The position numbers were made by a program, and so were the translations under genes. Under the pieces are notes generated by a model that was not told the DNA's origin, did not search any database, and saw nothing but the letters and a program-made list of their open reading frames with translations. From an uncultured Clostridia bacterium (GTDB taxonomy: Bacteria > Bacillota > Clostridia > Christensenellales > UBA1242), in assembly GCA_949841045.1 (NCBI GenBank), contig CATKXS010000005.1, positions 650 to 64,649 of the forward strand: a DNA stretch of 64,000 nucleotides, in the 5' to 3' direction. This document shows, one piece after another, positions 26,203-34,938 of the stretch; the first letter of the stretch is position 1; every line of letters starts with the position of its first letter.

Positions 26203-27621
26203 ATGGCAATTGTTTACACATGCATATGTGCGATTTTGTTCATGGCTCTAGCTTATCTGTTTTTAAAAACATATCAGCTTTGTGGATATAAACCAAAAGC
26301 ATTTTTGGCAGCCGCCCTTGAGTTTAAACTTGCCTATGGTGATAAAAATAGACTTATTTTCACAAGACGAATGATAAGATTCATACTTGTCCTCTTCTTT
26401 ATAATATTTGGAGTTTTTTTCTTAGCAAATTATTTTATTTCAAATGCATATCTGCGCATACTTGATATTATTTTAATTTTCTTATGTTTGCCTCTATTTA
26501 TCGTGCTCGCTCATTATGTCGTGCTACCTATTGAACTATTTATAAAAAAATCATATATGATAAGAGCGACAAATAAACTAAGACGCAAAAATATCATTAA
26601 AATTGGCATAACTGGAAGCTATGGCAAAACTTCAACCAAAAATATTCTCGTCAGGATGCTTGAAAAGGAATATAGAGTTTGTGCCACCCCAAAAAACTAT
26701 AATACTGAAATGGGTCTTACAAAAACCATTTTAGGTTCGCTAGAACGTGAGGATGTTTTTGTTGCAGAAATGGGCGCGCGACATAAAGGCGATATTGCCG
26801 TGCTTTCAAAAATGGTTAAGCCTGACTATGGGATTATTACCACTATTGGTGCCCAACACCTTGAGACTTTCAAGACACTTTCAAACATTGAAAACACCAA
26901 GTTTGAACTAGCTGAAAACTTGGCACAAGATGGAATAATGATTTTTAATGGCGACAGTCCATCAAGTCGCAAACTTTATGAAAGATATAAGGGCGAAAAA
27001 TTTCTAGCCTGTGATAAATCTGGCTATGCCTATGCTGACAACATAGTGATGGACAAAAACGGGTCAAAATTTGACCTTCATATAAACGGAAAAACTTATT
27101 GTGCAACGACTAAGCTTCTTGGAAAATGTAATATCGACAATATTGTTACTGCCTCTACACTTGCAAGCCTTATGCGTATCAAAATCGAAGATATACTCAA
27201 AGCGATTGAAGAACTCGAGCCATCAAAACATAGACTAGAGATTCTTAAAAATAATTTTTGCACGATAATTGATGACTCTTATAACTCAAACGTTTTGGGC
27301 TCAAAGGAAGCTCTTAATGTGCTTGAAAAGTTTGAAGGAATAAAGATTGTAATCACGCCCGGAATAGTCGAACTTGGCATAGCGCAGTCAAAAGCAAATT
27401 TTGAATTTGGTGCAATGATTGCTGATGTTGCAGATTATATTATAATCATGAACAATGTGAATAAAAACGAACTTTTGTCAGGTGCAATTTCACATAATTT
27501 TGACAGGTCGCATATATTTTTTGCAGAGACTAGGAAGAAACAAAAAGAGATTTTGGAAAAGATTACTGTAAGTGGCTGTGTTGTGCTTTTTGAAAATGAT
27601 TTGCCTGATAATTATAAATAA
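26203..27621 (+). CDS. murF: MurF-like UDP-MurNAc-tripeptide--D-Ala-D-Ala ligase with N-terminal membrane region
   Basis: GITGSYGKTSTK P-loop, DDSYNSN and PGIVELG motifs; sits directly upstream of ddl and murE. The first ~110 aa are hydrophobic (3-4 TM) in place of the usual Mur N-terminal domain. Confidence 0.75.
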   Translation: MAIVYTCICAILFMALAYLFLKTYQLCGYKPKAFLAAALEFKLAYGDKNRLIFTRRMIRFILVLFFIIFGVFFLANYFISNAYLRILDIILIFLCLPLFIVLAHYVVLPIELFIKKSYMIRATNKLRRKNIIKIGITGSYGKTSTKNILVRMLEKEYRVCATPKNYNTEMGLTKTILGSLEREDVFVAEMGARHKGDIAVLSKMVKPDYGIITTIGAQHLETFKTLSNIENTKFELAENLAQDGIMIFNGDSPSSRKLYERYKGEKFLACDKSGYAYADNIVMDKNGSKFDLHINGKTYCATTKLLGKCNIDNIVTASTLASLMRIKIEDILKAIEELEPSKHRLEILKNNFCTIIDDSYNSNVLGSKEALNVLEKFEGIKIVITPGIVELGIAQSKANFEFGAMIADVADYIIIMNNVNKNELLSGAISHNFDRSHIFFAETRKKQKEILEKITVSGCVVLFENDLPDNYK

Positions 27622-27684
27622 TTATTGAAAATTTAATGTTTTTGACAAAATTTTAACGTTTTTTCGTGTAAAAAGGAGCAATTT

Positions 27685-28791
27685 ATGAAAAATATAGGTG
27701 TTTTTTATGGTGGTCAAAGTGTTGAACATGATATTTCTGTTATCACCGCTTTGCAGACAATGAAGGCAAAACCAAAGGGATATAATTTTATCCCAGTGTA
27801 TATTTTACTTGACGGCAGTATGGTCACTGGTGATAATTTGACTGAGCCATCAACTTATTTAAATTTTGCGAAAAATGTTTTGCATAAAAAAGAAATCGTC
27901 ATTCCTTCTGGCAAATGCGAAATTTGCATTTTAAAGCATAACAAGATTAAAGAGCGAATTAAACTTGACTGTGCTCTACTTTGTAATCATGGTCATGGTG
28001 GCGAAGACGGCTCACTTCAAGGACTACTTGAACTTGCAGGTATTCCTTATACCTCTTGCGATGTCAGTTCAAGTGCTGTTTGTATGGATAAGGACCTTAC
28101 CAAAGTACTCCTCCAAAAAGCAGGCATTCCCACTCCTAAATATGCAAATCTTTACAAATGTGAATATAATGATGAAGAATATAACTTTGAAAATTTGATT
28201 GGCTATCCTTGTATTATCAAACCTGCAAGACTGGGTTCAAGTGTAGGGATTAGCATATGTGAAGATGAAACAAATTTGTCTCCAGCTCTTGAAAATGCAT
28301 TTCAATTTGATGATAAAGCGCTCATTGAAGAATTTTTGACTGATGCACGAGAATTTTGTTGCGCTGTTATGACAAGTGCTGGCGAATACATAGCGAGTAA
28401 AATTACAGAAGTAAAGAAAGGCAAGTTTTACACTTTTGAAGAAAAATATATAGTTGAAAAAGAAAGTGTAAAACGTGAGATTTCTAAAACGCTTGAAAAT
28501 TCAATTAAAAAATATGCTGTTATGACCTATAAAACTCTTGAATGTTATGGCGTGGTAAGAGTGGACTTTTTATTGAGTAAAGAAGGAAAGCTTTATGTAA
28601 ATGAAGTAAATACAATTCCTGGTTCACTTGCTTTCAATCTTTTTGACACCACTTTTTCTGATTTTCTTGTCAACCTTATTAGCGAGGCAATCAAACGAAA
28701 TGAGAGACATAAAAATACCATTTATAAGTTCAGTTCTCAGGCCATTGAAAAGTATATAGAACTGACTGATAAATTTAAAATTAAAGGATAA
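27685..28791 (+). CDS. ddl: D-alanine--D-alanine ligase
   Basis: GGQSVEHDISV, HGHGGEDGSLQGLLE, ATP-grasp fold and EVNTIPG. Confidence 0.9.
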   Translation: MKNIGVFYGGQSVEHDISVITALQTMKAKPKGYNFIPVYILLDGSMVTGDNLTEPSTYLNFAKNVLHKKEIVIPSGKCEICILKHNKIKERIKLDCALLCNHGHGGEDGSLQGLLELAGIPYTSCDVSSSAVCMDKDLTKVLLQKAGIPTPKYANLYKCEYNDEEYNFENLIGYPCIIKPARLGSSVGISICEDETNLSPALENAFQFDDKALIEEFLTDAREFCCAVMTSAGEYIASKITEVKKGKFYTFEEKYIVEKESVKREISKTLENSIKKYAVMTYKTLECYGVVRVDFLLSKEGKLYVNEVNTIPGSLAFNLFDTTFSDFLVNLISEAIKRNERHKNTIYKFSSQAIEKYIELTDKFKIKG

Positions 28792-28835
28792 TTTAGTAAA
28801 ATTCGACAAAATTAACCGCTAAAAAGGGGTAAAAA

Positions 28836-30308
28836 ATGAAATTAATCAATCTTTTAAGAGATATTATTTACAAATGTGATGATAATGAACTTTTAAACAA
28901 AGAAATCTCAGATATTAAAATCGACCATAGAAAGGTAGAAAAAGGAGACGTCTTTATAGCAATGAAAGGCGTCAAAAATAATGGAAATGATTTTATAAAA
29001 GAGGCTTTTGAAAGGGGGGCAGTTTGCGTAGTCAGCGATGAATTAGAAGGAGATAATATTATTCATGTGCCTTCGGCAAGGTCTGCTTATGCGCTAATGT
29101 CCAAAAATTATTTTGGCAGAGCGTGTGATAAACTGCGCATAATTGCTATTACAGGGACAAACGGCAAGACTACTACTTGTAATGTGATTGCCGACATGCT
29201 CAAGGGCGCAGGATACAATGTTGGCACAATTGGAACGTTAGGCGTCAACCTTAAAGACCGCTTTGAAAACACTGGATTTACAACGCCAGACCCATATATG
29301 TTACATTACATATTCTCTCACATGCTTGCACTCAATAACGATTTTGTGGTTATGGAGGCTTCTGCTCATGCACTTGCACTCAATAAGCTTGACGGAATTA
29401 AGTTTGAGGTTGGTGTACTGACAAATATTACAGAAGACCACCTTGATTTCTTTGGCGACATGGACTCTTATGCAAAGGCAAAATTTAAGCTTTTTGAAGA
29501 GGGGCGAGTTAAGGTTGGTGTGTACTGCAAGGGTAAACCTTATAGCGACATGCTTGAAAGAGTGAGCGGGGTAAGGCTATTTAGTTATGGCACCGAACCA
29601 GAGACAGACTTTTATGGGCAAGACATTAAAAAGTCTTTTGACGGAACAAGTTTTGAATGTTTATATGGAAACGACAAAATTCATGTCAATGTTCCGCTTG
29701 TAGGACAATTTAATGTTGAGAACACGCTAGCATCAATTTCTGTATGTAGGCTTCTTGGAATAAACGATTGGTCTCTTCTTAGAGGTCTTAGTTTTATAAG
29801 ACCAGTTGAAGGGCGTTTTAATATCATTAAAACTGACAAGGCGAATGTTGTCATTGATTATGCCCACACTCCAGACGGGCTAGAAAATGTGCTTACGACT
29901 GCGAGAGAAATTTCAACAAATAAAGTTGTTGTGGTATTTGGTTGTGGCGGAAATCGTGACAGGCAAAAACGTCCTATTATGGGAAGAGTTGCCTCTCAAC
30001 TTGCTGATGAGGTAATTTTGACAAGTGATAATCCTCGTTATGAAAATCCTTATGATATAATTGCCGAGATTAAGGAAGGAGTGAAAGGTGATTACAAAAT
30101 TTTAGCTAATAGAAAAGATGCGATAAAATACGCGCTCAAAACCTATGTAAATGGCGAGACTATCGTGATTGCTGGAAAGGGCGCTGAGAAATATCAAGAG
30201 ATTAAGGGAGAAAAATTACCATTCAGCGATTTCGATGTGGTGAGGGATTGCGTCAAAAATGACAACCCTCATAAGAAAAATTTTTATGACGAAAAAGAAA
30301 GTGATTAA
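28836..30308 (+). CDS. murE: UDP-MurNAc-L-Ala-D-Glu--2,6-diaminopimelate (or L-Lys) ligase
   Basis: ITGTNGKTTT, DYAHTPDG and GCGGNRD motifs. Confidence 0.9.
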   Translation: MKLINLLRDIIYKCDDNELLNKEISDIKIDHRKVEKGDVFIAMKGVKNNGNDFIKEAFERGAVCVVSDELEGDNIIHVPSARSAYALMSKNYFGRACDKLRIIAITGTNGKTTTCNVIADMLKGAGYNVGTIGTLGVNLKDRFENTGFTTPDPYMLHYIFSHMLALNNDFVVMEASAHALALNKLDGIKFEVGVLTNITEDHLDFFGDMDSYAKAKFKLFEEGRVKVGVYCKGKPYSDMLERVSGVRLFSYGTEPETDFYGQDIKKSFDGTSFECLYGNDKIHVNVPLVGQFNVENTLASISVCRLLGINDWSLLRGLSFIRPVEGRFNIIKTDKANVVIDYAHTPDGLENVLTTAREISTNKVVVVFGCGGNRDRQKRPIMGRVASQLADEVILTSDNPRYENPYDIIAEIKEGVKGDYKILANRKDAIKYALKTYVNGETIVIAGKGAEKYQEIKGEKLPFSDFDVVRDCVKNDNPHKKNFYDEKESD

Positions 30309-30368
30309 AATATGAAAGAAATTTAATAAGTTGCAAATTCTAATCATAACTTATCTTTAGAGGTGACT

Positions 30369-31316
30369 ATGTTAAATTTCTTTCTTGTTTTTTTAGTTGG
30401 ACTTGCCTCAGCACTTATTTTTGGCAAACCAATACTGATGCTTTGTAAGAAACTTCATTTGTCTCAAACTATTCTTCATTATGTGGACAAGCATGCGGGA
30501 AAAAGTGGAACGCCGACAATGGGTGGGCTTATCTTTATTTTTGCCTCCATATTTGCTTCCGCTTTCTTTTTGAAAGGCGATGTGCTATTTTCAATATTAA
30601 TTCTACTCACTATGCTTGGCTATGGGCTACTCGGTTTTCTTGATGACTTTATTAAAATCAAATGGCACAAAAACGAGGGGCTTAAGCCTTATCAAAAAAT
30701 TATAGGGCAACTTGGACTTGCTCTCATTATTGCCGTTTTCACATACTTTAAAGTTGGAAGTGATATAGACCTTTTTGGACTAAAGCTCAATCTTAGCTTT
30801 TTTATCATTCCATTTGTTGTGATTTTTTATGTGGCTGTAACCAATTCTGTTAATTTAACAGATGGGCTTGACGGGCTTGCTTCAAGCGTGAGTTTTGTCT
30901 TTCTTTTGGCGTTTAGCGGTATTTGTATTATTCTTGGTGAATACAACTTTACTATAATTTCGCTCGCAATGGCGGGGGCTTTACTTGGATTTTTATTTTA
31001 CAACGGATTCCCAGCTAAAATCTTCATGGGCGATACTGGCTCGCTCGCGTTAGGGGGACTGCTTGCCTCTCTTTGCGTTTTTACCAAGCTTGAACTAGTA
31101 ATGCTCATCATTGGAATTATGTTTGTGCTTTCTGCTGTAAGCGACATTTTGCAAGTTGCTTATTACAAAAAAACGCACAAGCGTATATTTCTTATGGCTC
31201 CTCTTCACCACCATTTTGAGAAAAAGGGAGTTCATGAAAATAGAATTGTTATTTCTTATTCAATTGTGACCTTGATTTGTGGAATCGCTGTACTGCTTGG
31301 TTACATGGTGCTTTAA
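30369..31316 (+). CDS. mraY: phospho-N-acetylmuramoyl-pentapeptide transferase
   Basis: GTPTMGG, NLTDGLDGLA, MGDTGSLALGG and PLHHHFE. ATG 30369 follows AGAGG. Confidence 0.95.
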   Translation: MLNFFLVFLVGLASALIFGKPILMLCKKLHLSQTILHYVDKHAGKSGTPTMGGLIFIFASIFASAFFLKGDVLFSILILLTMLGYGLLGFLDDFIKIKWHKNEGLKPYQKIIGQLGLALIIAVFTYFKVGSDIDLFGLKLNLSFFIIPFVVIFYVAVTNSVNLTDGLDGLASSVSFVFLLAFSGICIILGEYNFTIISLAMAGALLGFLFYNGFPAKIFMGDTGSLALGGLLASLCVFTKLELVMLIIGIMFVLSAVSDILQVAYYKKTHKRIFLMAPLHHHFEKKGVHENRIVISYSIVTLICGIAVLLGYMVL

Positions 31317-31401
31317 GCACGCGGATTATCCGCCTACTATCATTAAGAGTATTTGAATTCTTCAATTTATTACGTTCCGTGTCTTAAGCACGCGAATTAT
31401 C
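31315..31401 (-). repeat. two long-form hairpin units (minus orientation) in the mraY-murD spacer
   Basis: GCGGATTATCCGC (31321-33). Direct repeat AAGCACGCG(G)A(A)TTATC at 31315 and 31386. TATTACGTTCC (31369-79) is the reverse complement of GGAACGTAATA. Confidence 0.6.
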
Positions 31402-31495
31402 TTTTTTTTGATTATTTCAAAAGTTAAATTAGATTATATTAATCATATTGTAACAAAAAGAGCAGTATATTACATTGTATATTTGCGAGGAAGAT

Positions 31496-32806
31496 ATGTT
31501 TAATGTGAAAGGTAAAAATGTGCTTGTTTATGGCATGGGAATAAGTGGGCAGTCGGCCTGCAAGCTCTTGCATGAAAAGGGGGCTTGCGTTTCGACTTAT
31601 GATGATGAAGAACGCTTTGCTTCCTACTTTGCCTATGAAAAAAATCCTATTCAAAAAAGGTATGATTTAATTGTTGTAAGTCCTGGAATTAAGGTTCAGG
31701 GGAATGGGCTTATAACTCACTTTATGATGAGCGGAACTAAGGTCATAAGTGAACTTGACCTTGGCTTCGCTTTTTGTCGCGGAAAGGTGATTGGAATTAC
31801 TGGAACAAATGGCAAAACTACTGTAACTTCGCTTGTTGGAGACATATTCAAAAAGAGCGGGAGAAAGACTTTTGTTTGCGGAAATATTGGACTGCCTATC
31901 TGCTCGATTGCGCCACAGACAAGCGATGATTGTGTAATCGTGTGCGAAGTTAGCAATTTTCAACTTGAGCTTTCTTCAATGTTTAAAGCCAGCACTGCTT
32001 GTGTGTTAAACCTTGCGCCCGACCATATTGACAGGCATGGAAGTTATGAAGAATATTTAAGAGTTAAAGGTAAAATCCTTACTCATAAACGTAGGCAAAG
32101 GGTTGTGCTTAATTATGACGATGAAAGTGTAAATAGGCTTCAAAATAACAGAAAAACGCTATTTTTTTCAAAAAAAATGCTTAAAAAGGGCGTTTTTATT
32201 AAAAATAATTGGATTTTTTATAACAAAACCAAAATTTTACCGCTTAGCGAAATACCTCTTTTTGGCGAAAAAAATCTTGAAAATGTATTATCAGCAGTGG
32301 CTATTGCAGTTACTCATAAGGTTAAGCCAAATGTCATTCGAGAGACTGTGAGGGAGTTTAAAGCGCCACCACACCGAATTGAATATCTTGGACAGGTGAA
32401 TGGCGCAGACGTCTTTGATGACTCAAAGGCTACAAACATTTCCTCTACACTTTCTGCTGTAGGTTCGCTTGGTGATAGAGGACTGGTTCTCCTTGTTGGC
32501 GGACAAAACAAGGGTTTTCAATTTGATGAGATTTTTAACAAAGGCTGGGATTTTGAAGCATTGTTATGTTTTGGTGACGCGGGGCAGGCACTTTTTGATA
32601 CTGCGGTTAAATATGGTTATAACCCCCTCATTTTCCCAACTATGAAAGCGGCAACTTATTTTGCAAAATCAAATGCGTGCGAGGGTCAGAAAATCTTACT
32701 TTCTCCCTCATGTGCAAGCTTTGACGAATTCTCTTCTTATGCAGTTCGAGGAGAGGTTTTTAAGGAGATAATGTTAGGTGAAACTAAGCAAATTGAAATG
32801 TCGTAA
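31496..32806 (+). CDS. murD: UDP-MurNAc-L-alanine--D-glutamate ligase
   Basis: GMGISG, ITGTNGKTT and DDSKATN. ATG 31496 follows GAGGAAG. Confidence 0.9.
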   Translation: MFNVKGKNVLVYGMGISGQSACKLLHEKGACVSTYDDEERFASYFAYEKNPIQKRYDLIVVSPGIKVQGNGLITHFMMSGTKVISELDLGFAFCRGKVIGITGTNGKTTVTSLVGDIFKKSGRKTFVCGNIGLPICSIAPQTSDDCVIVCEVSNFQLELSSMFKASTACVLNLAPDHIDRHGSYEEYLRVKGKILTHKRRQRVVLNYDDESVNRLQNNRKTLFFSKKMLKKGVFIKNNWIFYNKTKILPLSEIPLFGEKNLENVLSAVAIAVTHKVKPNVIRETVREFKAPPHRIEYLGQVNGADVFDDSKATNISSTLSAVGSLGDRGLVLLVGGQNKGFQFDEIFNKGWDFEALLCFGDAGQALFDTAVKYGYNPLIFPTMKAATYFAKSNACEGQKILLSPSCASFDEFSSYAVRGEVFKEIMLGETKQIEMS

Positions 32807-33947
32807 TGAGGGTGCGCTTAAAGATATAGTTATTATTTCGGCAATCGTTATTTTGCTTGCATCTTTTGGCTGTCTTATGGTTTATAGTGCAAGTTATTAT
32901 AGCGCCCAGTATCACTACGGTAACAAATATTTTTTCCTTTTTAAACAGATTATGGGTGTTGGGCTTGGAATTGGCGCAATGATATTTTTCACCTTTTTTG
33001 ATTATCATCGGCTTAAAAAACTTAAGTGGTGGATTATTGGCGGAACTTTTATTTTACTTGCCCTCGTTTTTGTGCCAGGACTTGGAATGGAAAGTTATGG
33101 CGCGAAAAGGTGGGTCTCAATTCTAGGCTTTTCAATTCAGCCGTCAGAAATAGCTAAGTTTGCACTCGTAATCTTTACAGCTTCATACATGTCAGACAAT
33201 CATGAAAAGGTCAAGACTTTAAAAGGACTATTGCCAGTGCTTATTGTAGGCGGACTTATGTGCGTGCTAGTCATGATTGAACCAAGTATGAGCGTCACTA
33301 TGTGCATTGGTTTTGTAACACTTTTTATGCTTATAATTGGAGGTATGAGCAAAAAACATACTCTCATGTTTTCCTTGCCAGCGGCGGCGCTTGTTCCTGT
33401 GCTTATTGTTATTGAACCATACCGCCTTAAACGTCTTCTCGCTTTTATTGACCCTTGGGCTTCACCACAAGGTGAGGGTTTTCAGCTTATTCAATCGTTA
33501 TATTCGCTTGGAGATGGTGGACTTTTTGGAGTTGGGCTTTTCAACTCGCGTCAAAAATACCTCTTTTTGCCTTTTGCTGAATCCGACTTTATTCTATCAA
33601 TTATTGGCGAAGAAATAGGATTTATTGGAACAACGTTCTTTCTTTTGACTTTTCTATTCTTAGCATATAAGCTTATAAAAATAGGTCTTAATGCAAAGGA
33701 TAGATTTGGCGCAATGCTGTCATGTGGTGTAGCCTTTATTATAGCCGTTCAAACACTTCTCAATGTGGCTGTTGTAACAGGTTCTATACCGCCAACAGGC
33801 CTTCCGCTTCCATTTATATCAAGTGGTGGCACTTCGGTTATGGTGTTTATGGCGGGCATAGGAATTTGTTTAAATGTCCACAGGCAAAGTCGGGGCGAAA
33901 CAAAAACAATTAAGAAGTTTTTAAGTAAAGAAAGAGTAAAAACTTGA
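32778..33947 (+). CDS. ftsW: SEDS-family peptidoglycan polymerase FtsW/SpoVE
   Basis: Ten TM segments, with SLQPSE-like FSIQPSEIAKF, ESDFI and PLPFISSGGTS. GTG start overlaps the murD end. Confidence 0.85.
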   Translation: MKLSKLKCRNEGALKDIVIISAIVILLASFGCLMVYSASYYSAQYHYGNKYFFLFKQIMGVGLGIGAMIFFTFFDYHRLKKLKWWIIGGTFILLALVFVPGLGMESYGAKRWVSILGFSIQPSEIAKFALVIFTASYMSDNHEKVKTLKGLLPVLIVGGLMCVLVMIEPSMSVTMCIGFVTLFMLIIGGMSKKHTLMFSLPAAALVPVLIVIEPYRLKRLLAFIDPWASPQGEGFQLIQSLYSLGDGGLFGVGLFNSRQKYLFLPFAESDFILSIIGEEIGFIGTTFFLLTFLFLAYKLIKIGLNAKDRFGAMLSCGVAFIIAVQTLLNVAVVTGSIPPTGLPLPFISSGGTSVMVFMAGIGICLNVHRQSRGETKTIKKFLSKERVKT

Positions 33948-33955
33948 TTTATAAT

Positions 33956-33983
33956 AAAAGAGCACAAAGAGGTGCTCTTTTTA
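33956..33983 (+). terminator. Rho-independent terminator
   Basis: aagagcac / gtgctctt stem followed by a T-run. Confidence 0.7.
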
Positions 33984-34023
33984 AGTGTGATTGTTTTTGA
34001 TTTTTTAGAAATTTTTAAACCTA

Positions 34024-34052
34024 TTGACATGTTTGTATTATTGTGATAAAAT
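34024..34052 (+). promoter_or_regulatory. strong Sigma-A type promoter (extended -10)
   Basis: TTGACA, 17-nt spacer, TGA-TAAAAT. Confidence 0.6.
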
Positions 34053-34080
34053 CATAATATGAAACGAGGAGGGCGATATT

Positions 34081-34812
34081 ATGAATAACGAAAAAATGAT
34101 TAAAAAGTTAGATAAATATGCGTACAAAACTGATAAAGGTGGAGAATGGCATGTGTCACATTTGTCATTAGTTTTAAGTGGAATTAGCACCCATTTTTCT
34201 AAGTTAGTTAAAATTGATAAAATGAATGAAAAGTCATACACTGATATTCAAACTGCTTATTATTCAATAAAAAAACTTGAAGAATACGTTTATACAATTT
34301 TTGGAGAAGCAGCACCAGACTTTATAAAATTTGCAAAGCGAAAAGGTGAATTTATAAAAGAAGTTTTAGAGCAAGCACATGCTATTGTAAAAAGAATATC
34401 TCCAGATAAGGCGATTGAGATTGAACTCGCATCTCGCCTTTTAGAGCAAATGAAAATAGAACAAGGGCAGATTAAGTTTGATTATGATAGACTAGAAAAG
34501 GTTATTATTACAAATGACAAGAAGAGTGTAATGTTCGAGGCTGATGATTATCTAGTTGTTTCTCACAAAACAAAAGCCGAGAAATTAAAAAATCAAATAG
34601 TTGAAATTTCTGTATCTGATGAATTAAAGCCAGAATTAGATTCGATTAAAAATGAGGCTTCAAAATTGTATAAAGAAATTTCAAGTGCGATAAAAGAATG
34701 TTATACTACTCTTCAAGAGGTTGAAAAGCACTCAAATAGCCATTTAATTAGAGGTGATGTATACAAAAAAGTTTATAATGATGAAAAAGAATATGAAAAC
34801 GAAGCTGAATAA
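34081..34812 (+). CDS. hypothetical coiled-coil-rich protein inserted in the dcw cluster
   Basis: 243-aa ORF with GAGGAGGG RBS and its own promoter and terminator. No family recognised. Confidence 0.6.
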   Translation: MNNEKMIKKLDKYAYKTDKGGEWHVSHLSLVLSGISTHFSKLVKIDKMNEKSYTDIQTAYYSIKKLEEYVYTIFGEAAPDFIKFAKRKGEFIKEVLEQAHAIVKRISPDKAIEIELASRLLEQMKIEQGQIKFDYDRLEKVIITNDKKSVMFEADDYLVVSHKTKAEKLKNQIVEISVSDELKPELDSIKNEASKLYKEISSAIKECYTTLQEVEKHSNSHLIRGDVYKKVYNDEKEYENEAE

Positions 34813-34823
34813 GTTTTATATAA

Positions 34824-34849
34824 GAAACTGCAAATTTTGCAGTTTTTTT
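34824..34849 (+). terminator. Rho-independent terminator
   Basis: aaactgca / tgcagttt stem followed by T7. Confidence 0.7.
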
Positions 34850-34892
34850 GTTTATTAAATTGTCGATGGATTTTGTAAGAAATAAAATATAA

Positions 34893-34905
34893 GGGCATAA
34901 TGCCC
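34893..34905 (+). repeat. singleton palindrome GGGCATAATGCCC
   Basis: Perfect 13-nt palindrome with an A-rich 5' flank. Related copies at 37133, 41897 and 60044. Confidence 0.8.
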
Positions 34906-34938
34906 TCACATTTTGGGAAAGAAATCATATATAAAGAT

